From positions 15,032 through 79,031 of the forward strand of contig JAYUVP010000304.1 of NCBI GenBank assembly GCA_043753995.1: DNA of 64,000 nucleotides. Reading direction: 5' to 3'. The position numbers were made by a program, and so were the translations under genes. The notes under the pieces are model-generated. The model did no database searches, was not told where the DNA came from, and was given only the letters and a program-made list of their open reading frames with translations. Positions within the stretch are counted from its first letter, which is position 1. Every line of letters starts with the position of its first letter. Positions 48,799 to 58,993 of this stretch are shown here, in pieces. The stretch comes from Fibrobacterota bacterium. GTDB taxonomy: Bacteria > Fibrobacterota > Fibrobacteria > UBA11236.

Positions 48799-50340
48799 GT
48801 GCTGACCGTACCTAGTGACATGCTACTTCTGGTTATTCTGATTCCTTTCTTGGCCATTTTGGTGCAAGCCTTCGCACCGAATCAAGCGCGATTGCAAGGC
48901 GGCATTCATACCGCCATCACTTGGGCTTGGGGCGCATTTGCCGCAGCCGTGGCCTGCATGGCGCTCTGCCAGCAACAAGTATTGACCTTGGAGTGGCCAC
49001 ATATCGCCTTATTCGGCGGTAGCATCGATTTGGCTCCGCGCCTGATGCTCAATGCCAGCAATGCTGTTTTTCTCTTGCTGCTGGGCTTGGCGCAAATCAT
49101 CGTCTTCGGTCTTTTGCGCGACAAGGAAGGCCGCTATGGCCGCTCCTATTACATCTCCGCGCATCTTATGGCGGGTAGCCTGGCCGGGCTCTTTCTTTGC
49201 GACAGCCTGCTGCTGTTTTACCTGTTCTGGGAATTGGCCTTGGTCGCAGCGTATTTCTGGATAGGCATGCATGGCCGGCCAAGCTTTTTTTCAGGCTCGG
49301 TTTACAACACCTTAATGCGCTTTGTGCTGATGACCCTGGCCGGCAGCTTGCCTATGCTGGCTTCCATGGCCGTCATCCTGGCCAATGATGGCCGCGATCC
49401 CGGCCTCAGTGATTTGGCGGGTGCCGTCGCGGATTTGTCCAAACCTACGCAAGGCTGGGTTTTCCTGGGCTTCTTGCTTGGCATAGGGGTAAAGCTTCCC
49501 ATGCTCGGCCTGCATGGCTGGTTGCGCGATACTTATAGCGTGGCACCTCCCGCTTGCCGCGCCATGCTTTCGGCCGTGATGTCGAAAATGGGTGCTTTCG
49601 GCTTGATTTTCGTTTTGGCCCAAGGCTTCCCTGACCAATGCTATACCTATGGCGCTTATCTGCAAATCTGGGCCGTCCTAGGCGTGATTTATGGCGCGGC
49701 GCTTTGCTTGGCGCAAGAGCGCTTGGTCGACATTTTGGCTTATAGCTCCCTGTCGCATTTGGGTCTCCTAGCCCTGGGTGTTTTCGCCTCGGTGAAGGCG
49801 GGCATTCCGGCGAGCACGGGCTATACCGGCGCCTTATTGCAAGTTTTCAATCACGGCCTCATCATGGCTTTTCTCTTTGCCTTGGACGCACGCGTCATGC
49901 GCTCCGAAGAAAGCCCCGATATCGGCTTGCTTTCCGGTTTGCGTAGTGGACAAAGACGGCTTTCGGCGCTTTTTCTCACGGGCATTTTCGCCTCGGCTTC
50001 CTTGCCGGGCCTCAGCAATTTCGCAGGTGAGATTTTGGTCTATTTCGTGGCTTTCAAGAGTTCGCCTTGGCTCACCTTTTTGGCCGCGACGGGAGCGCTC
50101 ATTGGCGCTGCGGCCTTGATGCGTGCCTTTCATAAGGCCTTTTTAGGCAAGGCACCCGCCACCGAAAGGCCGGGCTATGTGCAAGCGGCTGACCTGAATC
50201 TTTGGGAAACCGGCCTTGGCGTCGCCCTTATCGGCTTATGGCTTATTTTGGGTCTCTATCCCATGCTGCTTATCGCCCCCATTGAGAAATCCTTGGTGGT
50301 GCTCGGACTTTCCGGCTTTGGCTCGACGGGCCTTCCTTGA
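48799..50340 (+). CDS. nuoM: NADH-quinone oxidoreductase subunit M
   Basis: FYLFWE, KLPM..LHGWL, KMG, NHG and LPGLSNF.GE motifs. Confidence 0.9.
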   Translation: MLTVPSDMLLLVILIPFLAILVQAFAPNQARLQGGIHTAITWAWGAFAAAVACMALCQQQVLTLEWPHIALFGGSIDLAPRLMLNASNAVFLLLLGLAQIIVFGLLRDKEGRYGRSYYISAHLMAGSLAGLFLCDSLLLFYLFWELALVAAYFWIGMHGRPSFFSGSVYNTLMRFVLMTLAGSLPMLASMAVILANDGRDPGLSDLAGAVADLSKPTQGWVFLGFLLGIGVKLPMLGLHGWLRDTYSVAPPACRAMLSAVMSKMGAFGLIFVLAQGFPDQCYTYGAYLQIWAVLGVIYGAALCLAQERLVDILAYSSLSHLGLLALGVFASVKAGIPASTGYTGALLQVFNHGLIMAFLFALDARVMRSEESPDIGLLSGLRSGQRRLSALFLTGIFASASLPGLSNFAGEILVYFVAFKSSPWLTFLAATGALIGAAALMRAFHKAFLGKAPATERPGYVQAADLNLWETGLGVALIGLWLILGLYPMLLIAPIEKSLVVLGLSGFGSTGLP

Positions 50341-50370
50341 TTTCGGCTGCTTAACCACGGAAAACGCCAC

Positions 50371-51804
50371 GTGAATCCCTATTTACTCAGCCAATTGCCC
50401 CTACTGCTCAGCTTCGCGGCCCTGCTAGTGCTGGGCGCTTTTCGCTTGCCCTCCCGCGAACGCATCACCAACTTCATCAGCATAGCCGGTATTGCCGGCA
50501 CGGCTATGCTTTTGTGGACCCAACTTGAGCCCGGCACTTCTTATTTCGGGGAAGCCATTCGCATCACCTCGGTAGGCCGAGTCATTGCCTATCTCGGCTT
50601 GGCGCTATGCCTCGTCGGCATCATACTCTCCGAGGAATACCTCGAAAAAATTCACGTCAATGGCCTGGAATGGCGCATGGTGGCCTTGGCCATGGCCTTG
50701 GGCGTCGAGCATTTGGCGCTGGCCGGCGACTTGGCAACTCTCTTCGTTGCCTTCGAATTGGTGTCCATTCCGGCTTATGTCTTGGCGGGCTTCAATCACC
50801 GCGATGCTCGCGCGAATGAAGCGGGCATGAAATACTTGGTGCTGGGCGTTTTCGCCAGCGCTTTGTTCTTGCTGGGAATGGCCTTCCTCTATGGCGCCAC
50901 GGGTCAAATACATCTTGCGGCTATCAATGAATCGCTGGCACGCGCGGTGGCCGAAGGGCGTAACGCCGATGTGACCTTGGCTAAAATCTCCCTGGCGCTT
51001 TTCTTGGCCGCTTTGTTTTTCAAGACGGGCGTGGCGCCTTTTCATAGCTGGTTGCCCGACGTTTATTTGGGAACCAATTACGCCTCCCTGGCTTTTCTCG
51101 GCGGCCCGGCGAAAATCGCGGTATTCGGCCTATTGGGCATGCTGCTTTGGGGCCCTTTTCAACCCTTGTATGAAACATGGAAACCCGCCCTGCTCATCGC
51201 TGCGGCGGCTTGCGCCATCATCGGCAATTTACAGGCCATAGCCCAAACCCAGGTGAAGCGGCTCTTGGCCTATTCGGCCGTGGTCAATGCGGGCTTTGTG
51301 CTTTTGGCCTTGGTCTCGGGCGGTCGCGATGCCATTCTGCTTTATCTCGCCGCCTATGGCTTTGCCACCATGGGCGCCATTGCCGCCTTGATGGCCTTGG
51401 GCACCGTGAAAAGCGATATCGATACCTTGGATGACTTGCAAGGCGTGGGACGCAGCCATCCTTGGTTAGCGACCTTGTTCACTCTGGTGATGTTTAGTTA
51501 TGCAGGCATACCCCTGACCGCTGGCTTCGCGGCCAAATTCGGCGTCGCCCTGGAATTTTTCCGGCCGGGATCGCAATACAGCTCTTTCGCCATTTCTGTT
51601 TTGGTTTTGTCTTTGACCTTGAGCCTGATTTCCTTCTACTACTACTTCCGAATTGTCCGTGCCTTGTGGATGAAGCCTGAAAGTGGCGTTGAAACCGAGA
51701 CCCTAGTCAAACGCAATCCGCAAATGCTGACGGTTTTCGCATTGCTGCTCTGTGGGGCTGCAGTATTGGCCTTGGGCCTCACCATGAAAATGCCGGGACT
51801 TTAA
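50371..51804 (+). CDS. nuoN: NADH-quinone oxidoreductase subunit N
   Basis: EAGMKY, FK.GVAPFH.WLPDVY, KRLLAYS and AGIPLTAGF..K motifs. Confidence 0.92.
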   Translation: MNPYLLSQLPLLLSFAALLVLGAFRLPSRERITNFISIAGIAGTAMLLWTQLEPGTSYFGEAIRITSVGRVIAYLGLALCLVGIILSEEYLEKIHVNGLEWRMVALAMALGVEHLALAGDLATLFVAFELVSIPAYVLAGFNHRDARANEAGMKYLVLGVFASALFLLGMAFLYGATGQIHLAAINESLARAVAEGRNADVTLAKISLALFLAALFFKTGVAPFHSWLPDVYLGTNYASLAFLGGPAKIAVFGLLGMLLWGPFQPLYETWKPALLIAAAACAIIGNLQAIAQTQVKRLLAYSAVVNAGFVLLALVSGGRDAILLYLAAYGFATMGAIAALMALGTVKSDIDTLDDLQGVGRSHPWLATLFTLVMFSYAGIPLTAGFAAKFGVALEFFRPGSQYSSFAISVLVLSLTLSLISFYYYFRIVRALWMKPESGVETETLVKRNPQMLTVFALLLCGAAVLALGLTMKMPGL

Positions 51805-51808
51805 ACGG

Positions 51809-52204
51809 TCAATCCGCTGGAGAGGAGGGGCCGAAATGTTCGCGCAGCGGCCCTTCGATAAAGCCGGGAGCCCAAAGATCGCCGGGCTCATCCCGTAAAA
51901 GAGCGAATCTATTCTGGCATAGGCCTTTGAATCGACGCACAACCTCGGTCATGGCCGTTTTCGCGCTTGCAGGCGGAAAGCCAATCACGCCTTCCAACAT
52001 TCGGGCATGAATCCCCAAGTCAAAGACCATTAAGCCAGGAAATTCACCGGGCAAATCGTCCCATGCTTTACGCACGGCCAAACCCAGGACGGTGATGCGC
52101 GAGCGCCCTTCGTTTTCACGGCGCAGCCTGAAGGGCCCGGGTTTCAGTTCTAAGCGAAGGCAGCGCAAGTTGGAATTCACCGAAAGACCAAAGCGTCTTT
52201 GCAC
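51809..52204 (-). CDS. Degenerate RAYT/Y1-transposase-like protein
   Basis: G..V...W..LP..FP, VVRRFK and LW..GF pattern; HUH motif and catalytic Tyr helix absent. Confidence 0.45.
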   Translation of the reverse strand: MQRRFGLSVNSNLRCLRLELKPGPFRLRRENEGRSRITVLGLAVRKAWDDLPGEFPGLMVFDLGIHARMLEGVIGFPPASAKTAMTEVVRRFKGLCQNRFALLRDEPGDLWAPGFIEGPLREHFGPSSPAD

Positions 52205-52381
52205 CGCCGAAGCGAGGCCTTGATCTTGAAATTGCCATCCGGAAGTTTTACCCAGAGGGTCCTCCTAGATTCGGATATGCATGGCATAAGGCCATCGGCG
52301 ATAAGCCGGCGCAATACCTCTTGCTCCTTAATTAATATAGCTTGGCCTCTTTTTTGCCCCTGGGGAAAATCACAATAGTCC

Positions 52382-53401
52382 ATGAAGCACAAACCGCGTC
52401 CATCCAAGGCGGATAAGACCGAGTTTCAGCCCCAAGAAGCCAGGACGTTCTGGCTATGGCAGGTATTGAAATGGCTCATTCCGGTGATGCTTGCGACCCT
52501 GGCCTTTGTCGTCATACAAGGTGAATTGCAAGCTCATAGCCTCGCCGACGTGGTGACGGCCATGCGGAGCATTGCGCCGCATCGGCTTGCCTGGGCCTTT
52601 TTCTTCACAGCCGTGACCTATATCGCTTTGGCATCTTATGATATGCTGGCACAAATTTACGGCGGCAAAGTTCTGCCCTATGGCCGCACGGCGGGCATAG
52701 CGACTCTTTCATTTGCTTTTGCCAATGCCCTGGGATTCAATGCCATCACGGGCGGGCTAATGCGTATTCGCCTCTATGGTCGGGAGGGGTTGAGTGCCCT
52801 GGACGCGGCGCGCATTTCGGCTTTCAATTTGATCACGTTTTGGGTGGGATTGGGTGTCGCCGGTGGCCTGGCTTTGTCCCTGGGACATTTGCGTTGGCCG
52901 CCACGGGCCCCCTTATGGTTGCCTTCGCCCCAAATCGCAGGTCTGGTGCTTTCCTCCTTGGTTATCGCCTATCTCCTTGCTTGTAGGATTTGGCCGGGTA
53001 GAGAATTGTTGTCAAAAGGCCGAATACTCATGCCCCCCTTTCGCTTGGGTTTGGGGCAGGCCTTTGCAGGGACAGCAGAATGGCTCGCCTCGGCGGCCGT
53101 ATTGTGGGTGCTATTGCCGACCGATCAGGTTGGCTTCGGTGGCGTACTCGGCGTTTTCGTCGTCTCCTTATTGCTCGGCCTAATTTCCACGGTGCCCGGA
53201 GGCCTAGGCGTATTCGAAACCAGTGCACTTTTCTTTTTAAGCCATTCCTTAGGCGCCCCCAGGGTATTGGGCGCGCTACTGGTTTTCCGCATGGTTTACA
53301 CCTTCACGCCTTTTTTCATCGCCCTTGTGGCCTTTGTGGTGGGCGAGTGGCGCCATCGCAAAAAGAAAAGACGGCGGGTGAAAACCGTCCCGGACCCCTA
53401 G
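52382..53401 (+). CDS. Lysylphosphatidylglycerol synthase TM-domain protein (MprF N-terminal/YbhN-like)
   Basis: YD..A, R.RLY...G, VPGGLGVFE and LL.FR.VY motifs; no C-terminal synthase domain. Confidence 0.85.
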   Translation: MKHKPRPSKADKTEFQPQEARTFWLWQVLKWLIPVMLATLAFVVIQGELQAHSLADVVTAMRSIAPHRLAWAFFFTAVTYIALASYDMLAQIYGGKVLPYGRTAGIATLSFAFANALGFNAITGGLMRIRLYGREGLSALDAARISAFNLITFWVGLGVAGGLALSLGHLRWPPRAPLWLPSPQIAGLVLSSLVIAYLLACRIWPGRELLSKGRILMPPFRLGLGQAFAGTAEWLASAAVLWVLLPTDQVGFGGVLGVFVVSLLLGLISTVPGGLGVFETSALFFLSHSLGAPRVLGALLVFRMVYTFTPFFIALVAFVVGEWRHRKKKRRRVKTVPDP

Positions 53402-53874
53402 CACTTTTTCAACATTCGGTATGTCAGAACTTGTTATAATCGCTTTCTACTCCATGAGGTGATGGCGTCCATGAGTTTGGAACCCCAGCATGATGCTCCT
53501 CCCCTCGGCCAAGCCCAGGGATGCCGGTTTTGCCGATCCGAAAAACTGAGAAGCGTAGCAGGCTTAAATCGTATTGAACAATTCATGTGCCTGGGCAGCC
53601 ACCCTGGGTGAAATCAATATGGCTTCCGATGGCATGCCCTGGCGGCCCTTGGTGCATGTGGGTGACGAAAGTCAACATCGACAAAATTCATCACGGGCTG
53701 CCGACCTTCCGGTGCAAAACCAATGCCGAAGCGGCTGCGCGTGAATTCAAAGCCCTATTCGAACGCATCGGGTTCAATAAGGGCCCTTTGCCACGCTTGT
53801 GATTTCCGAACGCGACTTGGGCTATGCGCCCTTTGGCTCGTGAAAAGATGATTCTCAAACCCAGGTGAGTCCCA

Positions 53875-54291
53875 ATGAAACTCGATCATATCGGTATTGC
53901 TGTATCCAAACTTGAAATAGGCAGGAAGCAATGGGCGGAACAGTTCGGATATGTCGCTATGACATCCGAAGTTGAAAATACTCGTCAAAAGGTGATGGTT
54001 CAGTTTCTTTGCAAGGAGGGAAGCCTCCCAATCAAATTGATTGCGCCCACCAGCCCGGAATCGCCGATTCACGGTTTCGTGGTGCGAGGCGGAGGATTAC
54101 ATCACCTTTGTTTTCTGAGCGAAACTTTGAGCGGCGGCATTGATTTTTTAAAGGCGCATGGAGCCAAGCTTTTGGTTCCTCCCCAACCGGGTGAGGCTTT
54201 TGAAAACGAAAACATCGCCTTCCTTTTGGTTGGCAATGGCTTGAATGTGGAATTGGTCGATACGATCAAAAGGGCCAATAGGATTGCTTAA
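53875..54291 (+). CDS. VOC family protein (methylmalonyl-CoA epimerase-like)
   Basis: DHIGIAV, GLHHLCF and VELV motifs. Confidence 0.85.
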   Translation: MKLDHIGIAVSKLEIGRKQWAEQFGYVAMTSEVENTRQKVMVQFLCKEGSLPIKLIAPTSPESPIHGFVVRGGGLHHLCFLSETLSGGIDFLKAHGAKLLVPPQPGEAFENENIAFLLVGNGLNVELVDTIKRANRIA

Positions 54292-54314
54292 TAGTCGGAT
54301 TGACAGAGTCTCAT

Positions 54315-55175
54315 CTATTCAATGCGTCGCAATAGCCAATACCAACGCTCGGCATAACTTTCGGCATCGCCTTCTAGGAGGCTGCGCGCCGGCCCCTGAC
54401 GCAAAAGGGTCATGTGAGGAAGGGTTTTCAAATGGGCTAGCAAAGGCGCGCGTTCTTCTTCGGCATGGGTGAAAATCAGCCAATGCCCGCCGGGCTTGAC
54501 CCAGCCCGCTTGCCGTGACAACAAGGCTTGCGGTTTCAAATGACTTAGCGGCATTCCCCAAGCCAGGATTTGATAAGGCAGGATAAAAGGAAAGAAACAG
54601 GTCACAAGGTCTTGTGGCGGCGGGCTGGCCTTTAGCGCGTCCTCAAAGTGCATTTGCACATGTGAATCTTGTAATAGCGCCACATAGGCTTGGGCATAGT
54701 CGGCCCGGGAATATCCATCGGGATAGATGCCATAACCGTCAATTTCCAGTCCGGTGAGGGCCAGAGACGCGGAGGATGAATGCGCGCGTTGTTGAAGAAA
54801 GCCATGCAAGGCGAAGACATAGTCCCAATCGGCCGTTCCCACGTCGAGGGCGGCGAAAACACGAGACCGTTTTTCGGCATTGAAGAGGTCGGGCCTAAGC
54901 ACTTGATCCAATAAATGCAGCAAATAAACGTTTTTACGATAAAAGCGCCGGCTAATGCGCCCCGTAAAAGCATTCAGACCAAAGGTTTCTTTGAGAGATG
55001 TGGCAAGGGCCTCCGCCTGGCTGCGATTCTCCTCGGGCCAGGTGGAAAAGGCATGATCCCAGCTTTCGCCTTTCACTTGAGGCTGGCCTCGCGACCAGCG
55101 CAGGCCCTGGCGCAAGGCAAAAAAGGCCGCATTGGCGCTAGCCTTAAGCCATAGGGTCGGGGACCAAAGCATCAA
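54315..55175 (-). CDS. Putative SAM-dependent methyltransferase-fold protein
   Basis: ALDVG, GLEID and VKPGG motifs. Confidence 0.55.
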   Translation of the reverse strand: MMLWSPTLWLKASANAAFFALRQGLRWSRGQPQVKGESWDHAFSTWPEENRSQAEALATSLKETFGLNAFTGRISRRFYRKNVYLLHLLDQVLRPDLFNAEKRSRVFAALDVGTADWDYVFALHGFLQQRAHSSSASLALTGLEIDGYGIYPDGYSRADYAQAYVALLQDSHVQMHFEDALKASPPPQDLVTCFFPFILPYQILAWGMPLSHLKPQALLSRQAGWVKPGGHWLIFTHAEEERAPLLAHLKTLPHMTLLRQGPARSLLEGDAESYAERWYWLLRRIE

Positions 55176-55300
55176 AAACCTGGCCTCTCCTGTTCAACAT
55201 TTTAAAGCATTGTGGTGGCCGCTGGATAGGGCGCCATCACAACCCTTCTTACTTACGGGAGTCTAGCATTCAAGGTGCTTTCAGGGGTATTCTTTTACCC

Positions 55301-56422
55301 ATGAATACATCTCCTTGGATTGCTTTCACGCGCACCACCACCTTGACCCTGACCTTGTTCTCGGCCTTGTGGGCTGGCGACAGCGAGCTTGAGAAAAACC
55401 TGAATCAAATCGCAGGCAATGCGGCCAAACAATATGTTTCGCCCCTGGTTTCGGGCTTCGGCGCCGATTTCAATGCGGGCTGGTTTCATCGTGCGCCTAA
55501 GGCGAAAAAATTCGATGTGCAAATCGAGGGCGGTTCGGTTTTCATGGCCAGCCTGTTGGGCAATGGCAAAAAGCATTTCGCCACCAGCGAAGTCTTTCGA
55601 ATGAATAAGGATGCGGCCACGGAATTGGTGGCCTTTGTCGACCAATCGCCCGACTTCGCCAACTTGCCCGCCGAAGCGCGGCAAGCCATCAAGGATTCGC
55701 TCACCGCTCGTCTTACCGGGTCGGAATATAAGGTGAGCCTATCTGGCGCGACCGTTATCGGCGATGAAAAGGACACCGTCAAGCTGGCCTATGGAGGCGG
55801 ATCGTTTTCGGTGAATATTCCGGGTAGGGGCGAACAAACCGTGGTGGTACCCGCCGACACCGTGCCATTGCGAGTGGCTGGCATTTTGAATGGTTTGCCG
55901 TTTCTACCCCTACTGGCCCCCCAGATCACGGTGGGCACGGTTTTCGGCACCAATGCCACCTTCCGGTGGCTGCCCACGGTCGAGCTCACATCGGAAATCG
56001 GTGAAATGAGTTATTTCGGATTTGGCATACAGCATAACCCTGGCGTGTGGTTCGGCGATCCCCTGCCGGTGGATTTCAGCGTCGGCTTCTTCACGCAAAC
56101 CTTTCAAGTGGGTGACCTTTTCGAAGCGACCTCTTTCGCCATGGGCCTCAATGCCAGCAAGACTCTGGGCTGGCGATTTTTCAATGTCACCCCTTATGCA
56201 GGTTTCATGATTGAAAAAGCAACCATGGATTTTCACTATCAGCGTGACATCGAAACCGACAAAGGCGTAACGCCGGTCGACGTGAATTTTTCGGTGGAGG
56301 GCGAGAATCATTGGCGAGGCACGCTCGGCCTCAGCCTACGCCTTCTTATCCTGAATCTGAATGCCGACTATAACCTGGGCACCTACCCTTCCATCAGCGT
56401 GGGCTTGATGGTGGGAGTGTGA
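55301..56422 (+). CDS. Outer-membrane beta-barrel protein (DUF6588-like)
   Basis: Signal peptide; Y..PL..GFGAD.N.GWF..A; GFGIQHN; amphipathic strands. Confidence 0.65.
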   Translation: MNTSPWIAFTRTTTLTLTLFSALWAGDSELEKNLNQIAGNAAKQYVSPLVSGFGADFNAGWFHRAPKAKKFDVQIEGGSVFMASLLGNGKKHFATSEVFRMNKDAATELVAFVDQSPDFANLPAEARQAIKDSLTARLTGSEYKVSLSGATVIGDEKDTVKLAYGGGSFSVNIPGRGEQTVVVPADTVPLRVAGILNGLPFLPLLAPQITVGTVFGTNATFRWLPTVELTSEIGEMSYFGFGIQHNPGVWFGDPLPVDFSVGFFTQTFQVGDLFEATSFAMGLNASKTLGWRFFNVTPYAGFMIEKATMDFHYQRDIETDKGVTPVDVNFSVEGENHWRGTLGLSLRLLILNLNADYNLGTYPSISVGLMVGV

Positions 56423-56476
56423 GGAAAGGAAGATAAAACGAGCCGGTGTCGGAGGATTCCGGGCCGACGCTGAAAT

Positions 56477-57421
56477 CTATTGGGTCACAGAATCCGGTTG
56501 TAATAGGCGGCCATAATGCAAGGAATCGCCCCAAATCTCATGTATCAAAAGCTCACCGACCTTGGCCGAATAGTGCATGGGGTCTTTGAAATTCGCAGTA
56601 TCGGCCGTTAATTCATTGGCTATCTCGAAATCGTAGGTGGGAGCCAATTCCGCCAATTGACGCTTGAACCGAGCCTCTTCGGTCCGCAAATGGAAATCGC
56701 CCATGCGCTTTTGCAAATCCGTGTGGGTGGGCGGAATCACGAAGTGCAGGCGAATTCCTTTGGCGCGGCAATACTCCGCAATTTTCACCAGTTTTTGGTG
56801 ATAGCTTTCTGGGTATCGGTATTTACGCACATAACCAGGCACGGTTTCCGTATACAGCACATAATGCCAGAATTGTTCCTTGGTCATTTTAGGGCGACCG
56901 TGATTCGTCGCACTTTTGCCTAAAGTAGCGACCATATAGGCCGAAGGCTTAAGCACATTGTAGTCGCAGAAATAGAGCAGCGGGTTATCGATAATGGCCT
57001 TGGCCCAACCCGTTCGATCGCGTCTAAAACTCTCGTTATAGAGAAGAAAATTCAAACCGAAATAAACCGATTTTAATTCGATTCTATCGGCCGCGAACCA
57101 AAAAGCATCGGCGATTTCGTCGAATGCCGCGCCTCGAATGGAGAAGTTGAAATACGGTTGTCCGGCCACGCTTTTCAAAACATTGGAGTCAAGCGTATAC
57201 ATGCGGGAATCCCCGAGGATTATATTCGCCAACCCTTCGTTCCGGAATTTCACGAATTTGTACAAGGCATTGTCCACATCCTCGGCGACGCTGTCCTTGA
57301 GAGATTTTCGAAACGTGATGGGTGTTTGAAAAAGGCTGAAGGGGTCAATATGCGCTATCACCAGCATATAAAGTGCGACGGGAATTAAGAAAAGGGCCGA
57401 TTTGCTCAAAAAGGTTTTCAC
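56477..57421 (-). CDS. SGNH/DltD-like partner of the MBOAT
   Basis: N-terminal TM; GDSR, FNFS and DPMHY motifs. Confidence 0.65.
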   Translation of the reverse strand: MKTFLSKSALFLIPVALYMLVIAHIDPFSLFQTPITFRKSLKDSVAEDVDNALYKFVKFRNEGLANIILGDSRMYTLDSNVLKSVAGQPYFNFSIRGAAFDEIADAFWFAADRIELKSVYFGLNFLLYNESFRRDRTGWAKAIIDNPLLYFCDYNVLKPSAYMVATLGKSATNHGRPKMTKEQFWHYVLYTETVPGYVRKYRYPESYHQKLVKIAEYCRAKGIRLHFVIPPTHTDLQKRMGDFHLRTEEARFKRQLAELAPTYDFEIANELTADTANFKDPMHYSAKVGELLIHEIWGDSLHYGRLLQPDSVTQ

Positions 57422-57427
57422 AGCGAC

Positions 57428-58906
57428 TCAGAATTGGAAATAGATGAAGCTCTGGCCATTATTGAGGCTGGAGGCAAAAACCATCATGAGCAAGGCGGCA
57501 TAATAAACCGCCCAGCGCTGCCAGACCGGGCGCGCCAGCAGGGATTTTTCCCAGTCCAACTTATTCTGTATCACCTCTACGGCCAGCATGGCCAGGATCA
57601 ACCCGACGCAAAACAGGAAGCGCCCTTCTTGCATGCCCAACCCGCCCAGTAAGTCGCGCATACCGTCGGGACTCGCGATATTGGTCACCAATTGCCAAAG
57701 CCCCAGCGGCAGGCTGGCGGTGATATGCAAGGCGTCCGAGAGACTGGTCGCACGAAAGAAAACCCAGCTGATGTCCACCAAAATGAAGACGTAAATCGTA
57801 TTGAGTACGGCGCTCACGCGAGGCTTATTAGCCAAACCCGTTATGCGCCCCAAATCGGCTCTTAATCCCTTGGTCCACTGCTCAAGGATCAAAAAGCTGC
57901 CGTGCAGACCGCCCCAAATGATATAGGTCCAATTGGATCCATGCCAGATTCCGCTGATGAGGAAGACGATCATGAGGTTGGACCAATGCCTGAACTTGCC
58001 GACCCGACTGCCTCCCAAGGGGATATAGACATAGTCCTTGAACCAAGTCGAAAGCGAGATATGCCACCGCGTCCAGAATTCGGAAATGGTTTGCGAGAGG
58101 TATGGCCTTTCGAAATTGCTCATGAGCCGAAATCCCATGACTCGCGCCGCGCCGATGGCCATGGCAGAATACCCGGAGAAGTCGCAATAAATCTGAAAGG
58201 CGAAGAAAACCGTTGCCACCAAGAGGGCGGCGGGAGATTGGTCGCCAGGCTTGGCATAAACATGATTCACGAGTTGGGCGAGATTATCGGCGATGACGAT
58301 CTTGCGAAAGAGGCCGGCGGCCATGAGGCGTAGGCCGGCGGTGACGTCGTCGTAGTTGAATTGCTTCGGTTCCCAAAACTGGTGAAGTAGGTTCTGCGGC
58401 CTTTCGATGGGGCCGGCGACAAGCTGGGGATAGAACATCACATAGAGGGAATAAATGCCGAAGTGGCGCTCGGCTTTTTGCTTGCCGCGATACACTTCGA
58501 TGACATAGCTCATGCTCTGGAAGGTGTGAAAAGACAAGCCTATGGGCAGAATGATTTCCAGGGCATGCAGCGAATAGTTCCAGCCCAGGAATTGGGCGGC
58601 ATGGGTGACATTCCAGGCGAAAAAGTTGAAGTATTTGAAGACGAAAAGAATCAGTACCGTCGTCAGCAGGCTTACCCAGAGTATGGCTTTTTTCTTGGTG
58701 CCTTCGGCATTCTCAAGCCACATGCCCGCGATATAGTCGACCACTATGGTCAAAGCCAAGATGAGTATATAAACGGGAATGAAAGCCATATAAAAAAGGC
58801 AGCTGGCGCCTAGTAATAGCATCCACCGGAATCGATGGGGGAGGAGGAAGTACGCGGCCGTAACAACCGGAAAGAAAATGAGGAATTGCAAGGAATTGAA
58901 AATCAA
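57428..58906 (-). CDS. MBOAT O-acyltransferase (AlgI/DltB-like)
   Basis: LPIGLSFHTFQ, AGPIER, FW.RWHISLS.WF.DY and SG.WHG motifs. Confidence 0.95.
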   Translation of the reverse strand: MIFNSLQFLIFFPVVTAAYFLLPHRFRWMLLLGASCLFYMAFIPVYILILALTIVVDYIAGMWLENAEGTKKKAILWVSLLTTVLILFVFKYFNFFAWNVTHAAQFLGWNYSLHALEIILPIGLSFHTFQSMSYVIEVYRGKQKAERHFGIYSLYVMFYPQLVAGPIERPQNLLHQFWEPKQFNYDDVTAGLRLMAAGLFRKIVIADNLAQLVNHVYAKPGDQSPAALLVATVFFAFQIYCDFSGYSAMAIGAARVMGFRLMSNFERPYLSQTISEFWTRWHISLSTWFKDYVYIPLGGSRVGKFRHWSNLMIVFLISGIWHGSNWTYIIWGGLHGSFLILEQWTKGLRADLGRITGLANKPRVSAVLNTIYVFILVDISWVFFRATSLSDALHITASLPLGLWQLVTNIASPDGMRDLLGGLGMQEGRFLFCVGLILAMLAVEVIQNKLDWEKSLLARPVWQRWAVYYAALLMMVFASSLNNGQSFIYFQF

Positions 58907-58993
58907 CGGAACCTAGCCTCCTAACCCAAAGATAAACGGCCTAGGACGAAATCGAGGGTTAAAGTACCTTGCAGGCTTTCTTAAGGAGTTGCA

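Noticed and set aside
53455..53802. Short Cys-rich ORFs upstream of the VOC gene
   Set aside because: Conflicting frames and no recognisable motif
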